From NCBI GenBank assembly GCA_013115145.1, contig JAAPAO010000080.1:1-64000 (forward strand): 64,000 bases of DNA. The letters run 5' to 3'. Positions within the stretch are counted from its first letter, which is position 1. The number at the start of each line of letters is the position of its first letter. Source of the stretch: Perkinsus chesapeaki ATCC PRA-425. Its lineage: Eukaryota > Protista > Perkinsozoa. Of this stretch, positions 11,437-21,774 are shown piece after piece. The position numbers were made by a program, and so were the translations under genes. The notes below the pieces were generated by a model. It saw only the letters and a program-made list of their open reading frames with translations, did no database searches and was not told the origin of the DNA.

Positions 11437-14400
11437 ATGGGATGCGGTGCCTCATCTTCATCATCAGCTAATGTAGTGCAGCCCGCCCAGCCACAAGAGG
11501 TACTAGTAACTAGCTACACTGTGGCGACTTAATCTCTCTCAGAGCACTGCCAGAGAGGCCGCTGCAGGGGACGGTGTAAGTCGATTGAATTGAATATAGC
11601 ACGTAAGAGCTTGATTTATAGGGCGCCGAACCCAAACACCATCAAAAAGATAACAAGGGCGATGCTGGTAAGCCGGGTTGTTACGTCAACCAATATACAG
11701 TCATTTTAGGTGGATCTGAGCACAACGGCGACAACGGGCCTGAGGAAGATGCCCCTAAGGTCGGAAGATGGTTAATTGATCTGTCGTATAAGCGAGTTAT
11801 CTAGTCTACCGCTCCAAGGCCTCGAAGGGCTGGAGTATCGGCACAAACAGTGTCAGCTGAGGATAGGAAGAATTTCAAGAAGCCGGTGTATGAAAAGGAC
11901 GAACTTACTAAGGAGATGCTACTCGATATTATAAAAACTAACGAGCGACTGCAGGTAGGGCTCAGCGGAGACCACAGTGTAGAGGGGATCAGGTGCTCTT
12001 CGGCAACTTGGACGAAGATGGCACTACAGACGTCATTATGGCGATGTAAGGGATCAGCTTGTCTTGGCGATATGTCACTGTTTGCAGGTACGCGAGGAGC
12101 TTCAATCCCGGAGAGATTCTGATAAAGCAGGGAGATGAGGGTGATGCATTCTGGATAGTTGAAAGTGGCCAATATGACATCTACGTGTATCGGCCTTCAA
12201 AGGACGGATCGAAAGAACCCGAAAAGCAGCCGGACGGCTCCCCTCCATTGGGAGACAAGGTCGATATGAATATCTTCGAGTTTAGTGCACGGTTCGAGCT
12301 TGGATACGCAGGTTCTCAGCTGCACTAAAGGCGCCTGTTTTGGTGAACTCGCTTTGATGTACAACGCTCCGCGGGCAGCCACAGTCAAATGTACGGAAGC
12401 TGGCAAGGTACTCGTTGGCGGGAGCGTTGATTACATAATAGAACAATGCAATTCGATGTGATGAGTTTATCGGGGCAATAGTGAAGTGTCAGGCCTGGGG
12501 GCTGGATAGGGAATCTTTCCAAATGATGGTCACAACCGCGGAGTCCACTAAGAAGAAGAAATACGAGGACTTCCTTACTTCGGTAGTAGCAAAGCCCCCT
12601 CCGCGTCACGGCCTTACCGCCTCCCCGAAAAGGTGCCGATATTGAAGGATCTGAACCACTTCGAGATTGCCCAGCTATCGGATATGCTCGATGCACAGGA
12701 TCATAAGTCTGGGGACGTCCTGATGATGCAAGGAGATGCAGGAGACAAGTTGGTGCCTTCGCAGTAGAGATCGCACAGTCAGACTCCTGAGCAGTTTCTA
12801 CATCCTGGAGTCTGGAGAGGCGAAGGCCTGTCTGACTGGAGAGGATGGCAATGAAGTTGTGGCAAAAGTCTACAATACTCCAGGAGAGTATTACTTCCGA
12901 ACTGGCCGTCTCGGGTGTCAATCTTGTATCCCAGTTACTTCGGGGAACTGGCGTTGTTGACATCGGCGCCTAGAAGGGCTACGGTCTATGCTTCGGGGAA
13001 TGGGTGCCGAGTGTTGGCCTTGTCGAAGGATAAATTCGACCGGGTTCTGGGGCCAATTAAACCTAGACTGCAGGCTAAAATGAACGAGGTGCCGCCGACG
13101 AAGATGAGATGTGGAGCAGTTTTCCATTGCCTACTTTTAGTACCCTCAATATGCGGAGATAATTAAAAGCCAAGGAGATGATACCCCTAAAGCGACCCAT
13201 CCTGAAGCTGGTAGTTGGTGCAGAGGATTACAGCTGGAAAAGCTCTGCTGTTTAGATTCCATGAGCGATCTTGGCCAGTCGGATGATGATGAGGAGGTAG
13301 CATAGGCTTTGTTCTTGTGTGGGAGAGTCGTATGGCAGGAAGCCCCCAAGGAGCAGAAGACTAAGCTGGACGTTTTGTTGCAGAATGACCCCAACGCTCC
13401 CAAGGACTTGGGCTCAGTTAAACGTCGACGCTCTGGCGTGTCCGCTCCGCAGGTGGGTGGTGGATTGAGGTTAAATGGATATTGAGGGGAAGCATGCTTG
13501 GGGCCGTCAGGTAACACAGTATGAGGCAGAGCACTGGGAAAAGCCCGTATTCGATAAGACGCCTGAAGAGAAGGATACTATAGCTAAGATGATACAGGAC
13601 AACCCAAAGCTTCAAGTCGTCTGCTGCTGCTGCCTGTCCCATGACCCAGCATCAAAACTTCAGGTTCTATTCGGACATCTTCAACCGGACGCGGTTACTG
13701 ACATCATTATGGCAATGGTAGTACCCTCTGCTGGAATCAGCCGTAACTCAATCCGAGGCGGTGATGTATCTGTTTTTAGTATCCCAAGTCCGTCGAGACC
13801 GGCACTGATGTCATTAAGCAGGGAGATGATGGTGATGCATTCTACATAGTCGCTGAGGGGTCCCTGCATGTCCATGTGAGGCGGCCTGGAGAGGCTGAGA
13901 GTACCAAAGGCGCCAAGGTATCCAGATCGGATTCATCCGCCGTTTTCGGAGCTCAAGCAGGTTTTGGAATTGGGCCCTGGATCTCTCTTTGGTGAACTGG
14001 CGCTCCTTTATAATGCTCCTAGAGCTGCGACAGTAACAGCAGTCAAAGACTCTAAGGTTGGCATGGATCAGCTGGTGGTGACATGTGAAGCTACTTGATC
14101 TCAGTTGTGGGCTCTCGATGCGGAGAGCTTCAGATTGATGCTTAGGACAGCCCAGGCTGTTGAGCCGAAAGAAAATGAAGAATTTGTTCATAGTTGTGAG
14201 GCATTTGCGAAGCTTAACAGGTAACTGTGGCGTATTCGTCCCCAGTGGATTTTAGTCGGATGGTGATGCGTGCTGCGGTGTGGCGGATAGATGGTTCAGG
14301 TTTGAACGAGCAGAACTCTCCACTGCTCTTGAGCGAGATCTTTTTGATGCTGAGGAGGTGTTTGCACAAGAAGGAGAGACAGCTGATCGAATGTTCATAT

Positions 14401-14760
14401 TGGAGGATGGCGAAGCTGTAGCATTCGATAAAGATAATAATGTAAGATAATCTCCAATGAGACGCATACCCTGGGTTATCAATGCAGGAGCTGGCTCGAT
14501 ACTCGAAGCCTGGAAGCGTCATGGGAGAGGTCGGATTCCTGTCGACTGAAGGGAAGAGGACAGCTTCGCTGAAGGCGATCGGAGAAGGCTGTTCAGTTTT
14601 CACTTTAGACAGAGAAGCCTTCGGCAGGTAAACAGTGCAGTTGGACGAGGCCATGATGATGGTATCCTTATTGCTTTAATTTAGTATGCTCCAACCTCTC
14701 GAGGAGGATATGAGGGAGGCAGCGAAGAAGTACGAGTACAATCCGTTATTGGAATCCTAG
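11437..14760 (+). CDS. PKAr: cAMP-dependent protein kinase regulatory subunit-like protein, internally duplicated (4 cNMP-binding domains)
   Basis: Starts MGCGASSSS. Inhibitor motifs RRAGVSA (11823) and RRSGVSA (~13428). Phosphate-binding cassettes FGELALMYNAPRAATV, FGELALLTSAPRRATV, FGELALLYNAPRAATV and MGEVGFLSTEGKRTAS. Ends KKYEYNPLLES* with no kinase domain. Confidence 0.85.
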
Positions 14761-15210
14761 ATTTACTTGCACATTTCCATGATATTTTGCCCGTTGTTAT
14801 CGTCTATTGAGTGTTGAGTACCATAGATTCAGTAAGGAGGTAGGCAGCGAGACAGAGAACCATGAACCGGAGTAGCTACACGTCAACACTTTGTGCATAC
14901 ACTCCATCCATGTGCCGCGAAATAAACACACGGTACTTGGTACTAAGCTTGATTATCAGAATAGCACCTGGACTCTGCCGATGCGATACTGGACATAAAT
15001 CAAATGAAAGGCGAGCTACTTGGCCTTCCCTAACCCTGAGAATGGCATGCATGCTCGTTGACTATCAACGATCGAGTAACTTGGAGTGTTGGAGTTGAGA
15101 ATATCTTTGCTATATCTACTGGCCCCTAATGCTGCGGAATCGCGACCATGATTCCCATTTCGTAGCGCCCCTGTCCTGAGGAGAACAATCCAAGATGAGG
15201 AGACTTCGTG

Positions 15211-15252
15211 AGGTCTGCATCAAACGATCTGAAGATCGTTTGATGCAGACCT
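15211..15252. repeat. perfect 20-bp inverted repeat (2-nt loop)
   Basis: aggtctgcatcaaacgatct-ga-agatcgtttgatgcagacct. Confidence 0.9.
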
Positions 15253-15640
15253 TGGTAGTTGCAAGCGCCAAGCTATTTGGGAAGCGTTGGCTATTCTTAT
15301 CGCGACGCGGCTTTGGCTTCCGAAGCTGCCGCAGTTCTTTACGGTCAAGTGCTGCAGTGACTCTCGCGCTGCACTCGGTGCCCTGATGTCTTTCAAAAGC
15401 CGTAGTTCCGGTTTGGTGAAGATTGCTCAGGAGCTCGCTCTTGACTGTGCCTTATCAGGCAGATGGTTCAATTTGTCGTTTGAGCACCTTCCGGGCACAT
15501 TGAACGCCGATGCTGATGCTTTGAGCCGTTTGTCTGGAGGCTATGACATTCCACTAATTCTCCGTGCAGTTCCGCGTCTGGCGTGTCCGGCAAGAACGCC
15601 GGATTCTGGTTTTTGGCGTGTTCCCTCCAGTTTCCCCTAA
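15233..15640 (+). pseudogene. RNase H domain fragment of DIRS-type pol
   Basis: QAIWEALAILIA...CCSDSRAAL...EHLPGTLNADADALSRL. This frame is closed upstream by a stop at the palindrome centre. Confidence 0.75.
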
Positions 15641-16045
15641 TACATTATGTGTTCTGCCATTTCAGGTTTTTTTTGTGTTTTCTTTCATGACGTCTGAGTA
15701 GCCACACTTTTTTTCCGCTTTCTCCTAGGGCTTGTTCAACATCGTTGACAGCAGTATGTTGTCTGGAACCTGGTCTCTGGTTTGCCTTTTTTTTAGGTGG
15801 TCTTTCTTGCTTTTTGTCCGAAGCTTTCCGTCACTATTTGCATGGACTTGCACCGCGTGCAACGGACTGTTGGTCTGTTAGCTTGTGTGCTCGAAACGGA
15901 GTAAGCTTTGGTTCATTGGGTCAATCCGGGCTAAGGCTCCCTTCAGAGATTGTTCTCCAGACGATCTTCGAATCGGCGATGCCATTCTCGCCTCGCATGG
16001 GGTTCTTTCAGATCTGCGGCTTTCTTCTAGTTTCGGACAGTTTTC

Positions 16046-17281
16046 GTGATGGCAGCTCCTCCTCGTCGACGTGCACAAACCTCCCGTGGGAACGCTTCGG
16101 CCGCGATCAGTCTGGTTCAGGCCCATAATCGCGATAAGCTGAATCGCGTCGTCAAGCGTTTCCGGGGGATGACATACGCTAAGTCCACCAAATCTACTAT
16201 GTCTGTTCGAATGCGTCTCTGGTCCAAGCTTGCTGATGGTATTGGTGTTCCCGTCGTCCCTCTCTCTGCTTATGGTGTTGAGACGATATGTTCGGTCTTG
16301 CGTGCCGCTGGCTATCGGTCTGCTATCAACTATCTCAACTCTGCCATTACGCATAATCGGGATAAAGGCCATACTCCTGATGCCAGCACTGAGGCGGCGA
16401 TTAAGAGAGCGAGGATGGCGTGCAAAAGGAACCTTGGTCCTCCTAAGCGCATGAGAGGTATCAGCCTACAGGAGCTTCGCACGCTATCGCGAAAGCTAAA
16501 TGGACTCCATCCGAAGCATCGTATGGGTGGTTACTTACTGGCGAGCTGGTTCCTCTTGCGATGCTCTGAGTTACTGGCCTTGAATATGGAGCACTTGGTA
16601 TTTGACGAAGCTGCTAAGATTGTCTCCGTTACCATCGCTTCAAGCAAGGTTGATCAGGCGGGGTTTGGCTGTGTCAGATCTCATGGTTGTCTTTGTTCCA
16701 AACCGATCGACCCGGACGCTGCCATTTGCCCCTTTCATGTTATTTGGCATTTGGTGTTAACACGCAAGCGCCAGCGTGCTTCTGATTCCTCCCCTCTAAT
16801 GATAAGTCGGAAAGGGGAGTGGTTCCAGAAGAAAGAGTTCCTGGATTGTTTTCGTGAAGATGCACGGTCTTGTGGTCTCGCCATTTCCGAGAACGACAAG
16901 CTGGGGACCCATTCATTCCGGCGTGGTGGTGTTCAGTTACTGGCGAGCAGCGGCGCGGCGTCCAGGGACCAACTCAAACGTTTCGGCAGGTGGTCTTCGG
17001 ATTGCATCGATCGGTATCTTGAAGATGTGCTGATATCTGATAGTCATATGTATGCCGCAAGAGCGGTAAGGCAGGACAGCGTATTCCCTGCGACTGGGGA
17101 GTCTGCTGGTGGAGCACAGGATGGACGTGCTAACGCCCAGGCAGATTCCGTTTCTGACAACACATCGTGTTTGGTGCATCGATGTCCTGTGACGCCCCCG
17201 CGGAAGAAGAGCAATTGGTTTGCTCACCCGCTCACAGGATGGATTCGCAGTGATCTTTCGTCGAGGATATCTAGAAGATAG
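16046..17281 (+). CDS. tyrosine recombinase (411 aa), retroelement-type
   Basis: Catalytic set R (FLLRCSE), K (SKVDQ), HxxR (THSFRRGG), W (FGRW) and Y (DRYL). N-terminal core-binding segment YAKSTKST...RLWSK. Confidence 0.9.
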   Translation: MMAAPPRRRAQTSRGNASAAISLVQAHNRDKLNRVVKRFRGMTYAKSTKSTMSVRMRLWSKLADGIGVPVVPLSAYGVETICSVLRAAGYRSAINYLNSAITHNRDKGHTPDASTEAAIKRARMACKRNLGPPKRMRGISLQELRTLSRKLNGLHPKHRMGGYLLASWFLLRCSELLALNMEHLVFDEAAKIVSVTIASSKVDQAGFGCVRSHGCLCSKPIDPDAAICPFHVIWHLVLTRKRQRASDSSPLMISRKGEWFQKKEFLDCFREDARSCGLAISENDKLGTHSFRRGGVQLLASSGAASRDQLKRFGRWSSDCIDRYLEDVLISDSHMYAARAVRQDSVFPATGESAGGAQDGRANAQADSVSDNTSCLVHRCPVTPPRKKSNWFAHPLTGWIRSDLSSRISRR

Positions 17282-18119
17282 CCCTGTATGTCTTTCAGCA
17301 GTTCTACACAACGTACGAGTTGGTGCTGGTCGTTCATCTGGTCCTGGGCATATTTGCCAGCGGTCGATTGACGACTGGATATGTATATGTGCGTGTTATG
17401 TATAACCATATATATTGATGTCTATCTTGAACCGCTGATGCATTAAAATGTATAGCGGTGTCTGTGCGACTAACTCGATCCGCTGGAACCAGATGATTAC
17501 CCATGCGAACTTGTAGCTGTTGTGTTGATTGAGGATATGCTCGCGAAGGCAAAGATACTGTATTAACGCAACGTGCAAGATCCCAATGCGTTAAAACTTA
17601 GTTTATAGTCATGAACGCTCTTGCATGATTGATTAAAAGAGTTAGGCATACTGGCTGCTATGCGTCACTTTTTCAAGAACCTAATTTGGGATGTAAGCGA
17701 AGACGGTCCAATTGCATTCCTGCCTTCTTGCAGTAGTCCAACGCAAAAGCTGAAGGAAGATTGGCAGGGGGCGGCTGCGAAATGTTATCAACGATTGTCC
17801 GGAATACCTGACAACACAGGACGCGGTGAAAGCTAGCGTGGAATAACGGATCCAACCTGTGTGCACGTGACCCTTTTAACTCGAACTGGTATCTCATGAT
17901 TGGCCATCAGTTTTTCAATAAGTTCATAACACTCCTCCTTGGAAAGGCCTAAACCGACTTTGGCAGATGCCCAGTGGCGCTCTCTTACCTTTAGCTTCGC
18001 GATCATCTGATACAGCTTTGGCGATTATTGGATCACTGTCGGTTAGATTATTCAGTAACCCACGCGCCTGGGCATCGCGTAACACGTCCAAAGCCATTGC
18101 AAGCTCACCCGAACTATTT

Positions 18120-20909
18120 TCACCGGAGAGTCCTTAGACTTCTTCCCACCACCGCTGCTGTGCCTGAGATGTCTACCTCTAAACCTGCGAGTTCCCACAA
18201 CATCCACCTGCCGCCATGCTTCTTGGACGAGGGCGGGGACTTTATGAAGCTGCTGTCGCTCGGAACAGCACGCTGCGTCTTCTGTGGCGCCGGCGTGTCC
18301 GCGAAGGGACTGCCGGTGACCTTGCTGTAGCGCCCTCCGTCAATATCGCTGAGTGTCGCGTCTGAGCAGTTAAGTCCGGAAGGAAAGCTCGGAAGCATAT
18401 CTCACTCAAGTCAGCTCCGGTCACATTGAGGTACTTCGACTTGAAACCTGAGAGCGCTAATGGAGCCCCGACCTCGTCAGATTGGCTTCACCAATGTTGA
18501 ACTCAGATGCCCGGTTCTCCTTGTTCCTCGACATATCTTTATAACGCGAGAGCTCGTCTTGTAGTCTGCCTATCTCCCTCTTAAGGTCACTCACTTCTGC
18601 ATGCAACTGACCACAGAAATCATTAAACATCCAAAGCATTTTCCAACTATCCCTACTTTGCCGACAATTTTGTTTTTACTGCTCGCCTCAGTGACCGACA
18701 TATTTATATTCAACAACTTCTCCTGACACCCGCAATCCCTGTCTGGTCTTCTGAGCCCACAACGCACTCACCTCGGCAGCCCTCCGAGCCTCTTCTAAGG
18801 CGTCCCTCTCGGTCTTTAGCGATGCTATTTCGTGATGGGCATCATCCAGTTGCTGAAAGCGGCTGTGACAGGAACGCTCAAATAGCAACTCATTCTAGTA
18901 CCTCACGGAGATCCTCAAGTTCTCTGTTCTTGCGCACCATAGCGGCCGCCGCGCTGCTGTCACCCCCATCGCTCTGACTGCCGGCTAAGAACCACTTCAA
19001 TACGCGCACACGCCCAAAGGCGCATCGATAAATTACTCGTGCTCTGCTTGAGATGAGACAAATTAGAAGTCTTTCCCACCTGCACGCCAGCCTTGCTCGA
19101 ACCCCCTTTATAAAACATCACTACTTGCTCCTTTATTGCTCTTCCCTCGGCAGCTGTCTCCGCCAATTCTGCCCTATGAATCGCCTGAATGGCTTCCTTC
19201 TTTGAAGCCTCCAAATCCATCCTCAAGGCACTCTCTCTAGCAACTATGGTGTCCTTTGTCGCCATGGCCAAGTCTCGCTCCTGACCCGTCTAATCTACCA
19301 GCAACCTCAGCATCCTTACGTGCTCAACGTTTCTAAGCTGCTCCTGGAGAACCTTTAACTCTGACCTTTCCGTAGTGAAGGAGTTCAGCTCGACCCTACA
19401 CGGGTAGCAGGTCCGCAACGCCGGACATTGGCAACTCATACTGCAGCATTTGGTTCTCTTGTGCCGCACTCTGGAGGGCCTCCTCCATCTTGTCAATATG
19501 AGCTCTCAGCGCCTCAGTCTCTGTCACCAGCATGGACTGCTCCTGTCCGAACAAACTATCTACTGCGCTGCAGCACCCACGCACAGTACTTGGTTCTGCG
19601 CTTCAAAGTGAGACTTCATCGACTCCAGCTCCTAACACAGACGTCGTGATGGTCGTAGATATCTTGCTTACCTCTTTGGTCTCCTTCAATGTCGAAATGG
19701 TCGTCTCGAGCTCTTGCTTGGACTACCAAGCATTGAATACTGTCACCTTAGTGCCGCTGGCCTAGTACCCGACGCAGCCTCTCCTCGGCCGAACTGAGCT
19801 CATTCTGGGTTCGCTTCAACTCAGCAGTTCTGCCCTCAAGTCGGCGGCTCTGAAAGGCACCCCGTCTAGGCATCGACCTCTGGCACCGCCTACCAACTCA
19901 GCAACCTTCGGATCCGGCCCGCGGCTGGCTGACGCAGCTGTGGCCTGACCACGGTGAGAGTGCTAATGGGACTGCTCGGCGGCGTATCCTACAAGTGATT
20001 CGTTCTCGGCTCTCAGCTTCGACAGGGCCGCCTTGAACTGGCCTTCGCTCACTTTATAGCTTTCAATATCAGCACGAAGACGCTTGGCTTCCTGAAACAC
20101 CCTACAGTCCCTCTCTGACAGCCCTGCCATCCAGTAGCACTTCCTCCTTCTGCTGCAGCCTAGTGCCAGCGTCTTGCAGCTTCCTTTCAACAGACTCGAG
20201 CTTCTCTCGAACTCTATCGACCTCAGCCGAGCTTACTCCGGTGTGGATAACACGAGCTGGAGAATCGCCTGAGACCATTCACGTTTTCCCAATGCCCTTT
20301 CTAAATCCTCGCCTCGCTGTGAGGCGTGCTGCTGCTGGTGTCCATGCAAGCCGCTCTGATCCATGGCCGACATGTTCATGCTCTAAACGCACCATTACTC
20401 AACACACAGTGTCGCTCAGTACTACCGAAGCCCTGTTTACGACCTGAACTCGCGGCAGCTGGTTGACGGGTTGGCCGTTCTGCTTGTTGTTGCTGCTGTT
20501 CTGTGATGTTGTTGTCTGATGCTGCGCCCCTGTAGTAGTGTAATGCGGCAGCTGCTGGTGTTGGGCGTATTGCGGTGGCCTCGGGGATAGGTGGGAAGTT
20601 GTATGATGAGTCGGCGGAGCGTTGCTCATGGAAGACATATTATTCTGAAACCAAAAGATGCCATCTCAGTTGACTCTTCATCCGATTCCCTACCGCGCTG
20701 CCATTTACTGGCGCGTACTGCCTGACATAGTTGGAGCTCGGAACCTGCCCCGACACGCTTCTGACCGGCTGCGGGTGCTGTTGCTGCTGTTGGATGTAGT
20801 GGACGCCTCCACCTCCTGGGACGGCCGACTGGAAGTGCTGGAGATGCTGACCAGATTGTGTGACGTAGGAGTTGCCTGGGTGACGATAGAACATCGGGTA
20901 GCTGGACAA
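18120..20909 (-). CDS. multi-exon coiled-coil protein with Q/P-rich N-terminus
   Basis: Series of short heptad-rich minus-strand ORFs (e.g. LHAEVSDLKREIGRLQDELSRY, LKTERDALEEARRAAE) separated by GT-AG introns. Ends approximate. Confidence 0.6.
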
Positions 20910-21359
20910 AATGTGAATCGTAGGGCAAACCCCTTCCTGGTGGGGATCAATCTAGCGGAGCGAAGCGGTTCAACTCGACCATTTTCTCACGGCATACAGA
21001 AACGGCTGATGTATTACTGAATGCTCAAATGTAACCGCGGGAGCTGAAGCTTGAAAAGATACAAACCGAGCAGTCTACGGCTCGAGCCGCTTCCTTTGTG
21101 AGATTACCATCGTTCCATTAGCCTAGCAATAGTAATACCAACTCCGAAGTTAATTCCACTACCTCCACCGTCTCGGGTGTAACCAGATGCTCGTAGACTT
21201 CTTGAGATGGATCACTGGACCGCCGCCGATGGGGGGATATGGAGCCCGCTGCTTCAGTTCCGTCAGAAGACAGTGCAGCACAACACGGATCAACAGCGTC
21301 AGACCTCGAGGGAAAATGTCAAAAACGCGCATAGGGACAGCAAATTGTGTGACGAAAAT

Positions 21360-21417
21360 TATACCACACTTCGCACAACTCGTAACCTAACTAGGCGTTG
21401 AGGGGACAACAACCCTT
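21360..21417 (+). promoter_or_regulatory. candidate upstream snRNA-type promoter element of U3
   Basis: 58 bp upstream of U3 are identical in both copies, and identity ends abruptly beyond that point. Confidence 0.4.
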
Positions 21418-21618
21418 GTCGACTGTACTCGAACAGGATCACTTATGTAGTGATTTCCTTTCGTTCACAAGAGTACTCTTGACAAAACCCTAAACCGTGA
21501 TGATGATATGTATACCACATCCACTCGGAGGTTTAGTCCACAATAATAATAATTGTGCGACTTCGATGAGTTTAATACTTCAACAGAAGTTACGGATGTT
21601 GGTAATACTGAGCGGTTA
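21418..21618 (+). ncRNA. U3: U3 snoRNA (copy 1)
   Basis: The 5' sequence GTCGACTGTACTCGAACAGGATCACTTATGTAG resembles U3 boxes A'/A. Box C' TGATGA at 21498, box C CGATGA at 21564 and box D CTGA at 21608. Terminal stem AACCG/CGGTT; length ~200 nt. Confidence 0.85.
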
Positions 21619-21774
21619 ACAATTAGTGAATCATTTTTTTATCGCTGTTATGGTTCTCGCTGGTTGCTCGTAAAGGAAAGCCCAAATTATCGAATGTTGG
21701 TATATTTCTTTTACACATTCACGCTTAAATTGCCGAGTATCACCATTTTTCATCACCTGTAATCTCCACGCTGG

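Larger units (their letters stand above)
15211..17281 (+). mobile_element. 5'-truncated DIRS/Ngaro-type tyrosine-recombinase retrotransposon
   Basis: A DIRS-like RNase H fragment is followed by an intact tyrosine recombinase ORF. No gag or RT found upstream. The 3' terminus is not defined. Confidence 0.75.
21360..21625 (+). repeat. 266-bp direct repeat, copy 1 (partner 26189-26454)
   Basis: Read base by base: 264/266 identical, offset 4829 bp. Includes ~58 bp upstream of U3. Confidence 0.95.

Noticed and set aside
13420-13445. Reading RRRS as a type II (phosphorylatable) inhibitor site
   Set aside because: Aligning on VSA puts Gly at the P-site in both units. The Ser is at P-1, so a type I/type II hybrid is not supported.
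11437-14760. cGMP-dependent protein kinase (PKG), suggested by four CNB domains
   Set aside because: A stop codon follows the fourth CNB with no kinase domain, and two R-type inhibitor motifs are present.
17400-18000. Possible second transposon remnant right of the YR ORF
   Set aside because: No recognisable transposase or RT motif in any frame that I could support.
21485-21497. Telomere-like AAACCCTAAACC
   Set aside because: About 1.5 units only, and it lies inside the U3 RNA next to the terminal stem.
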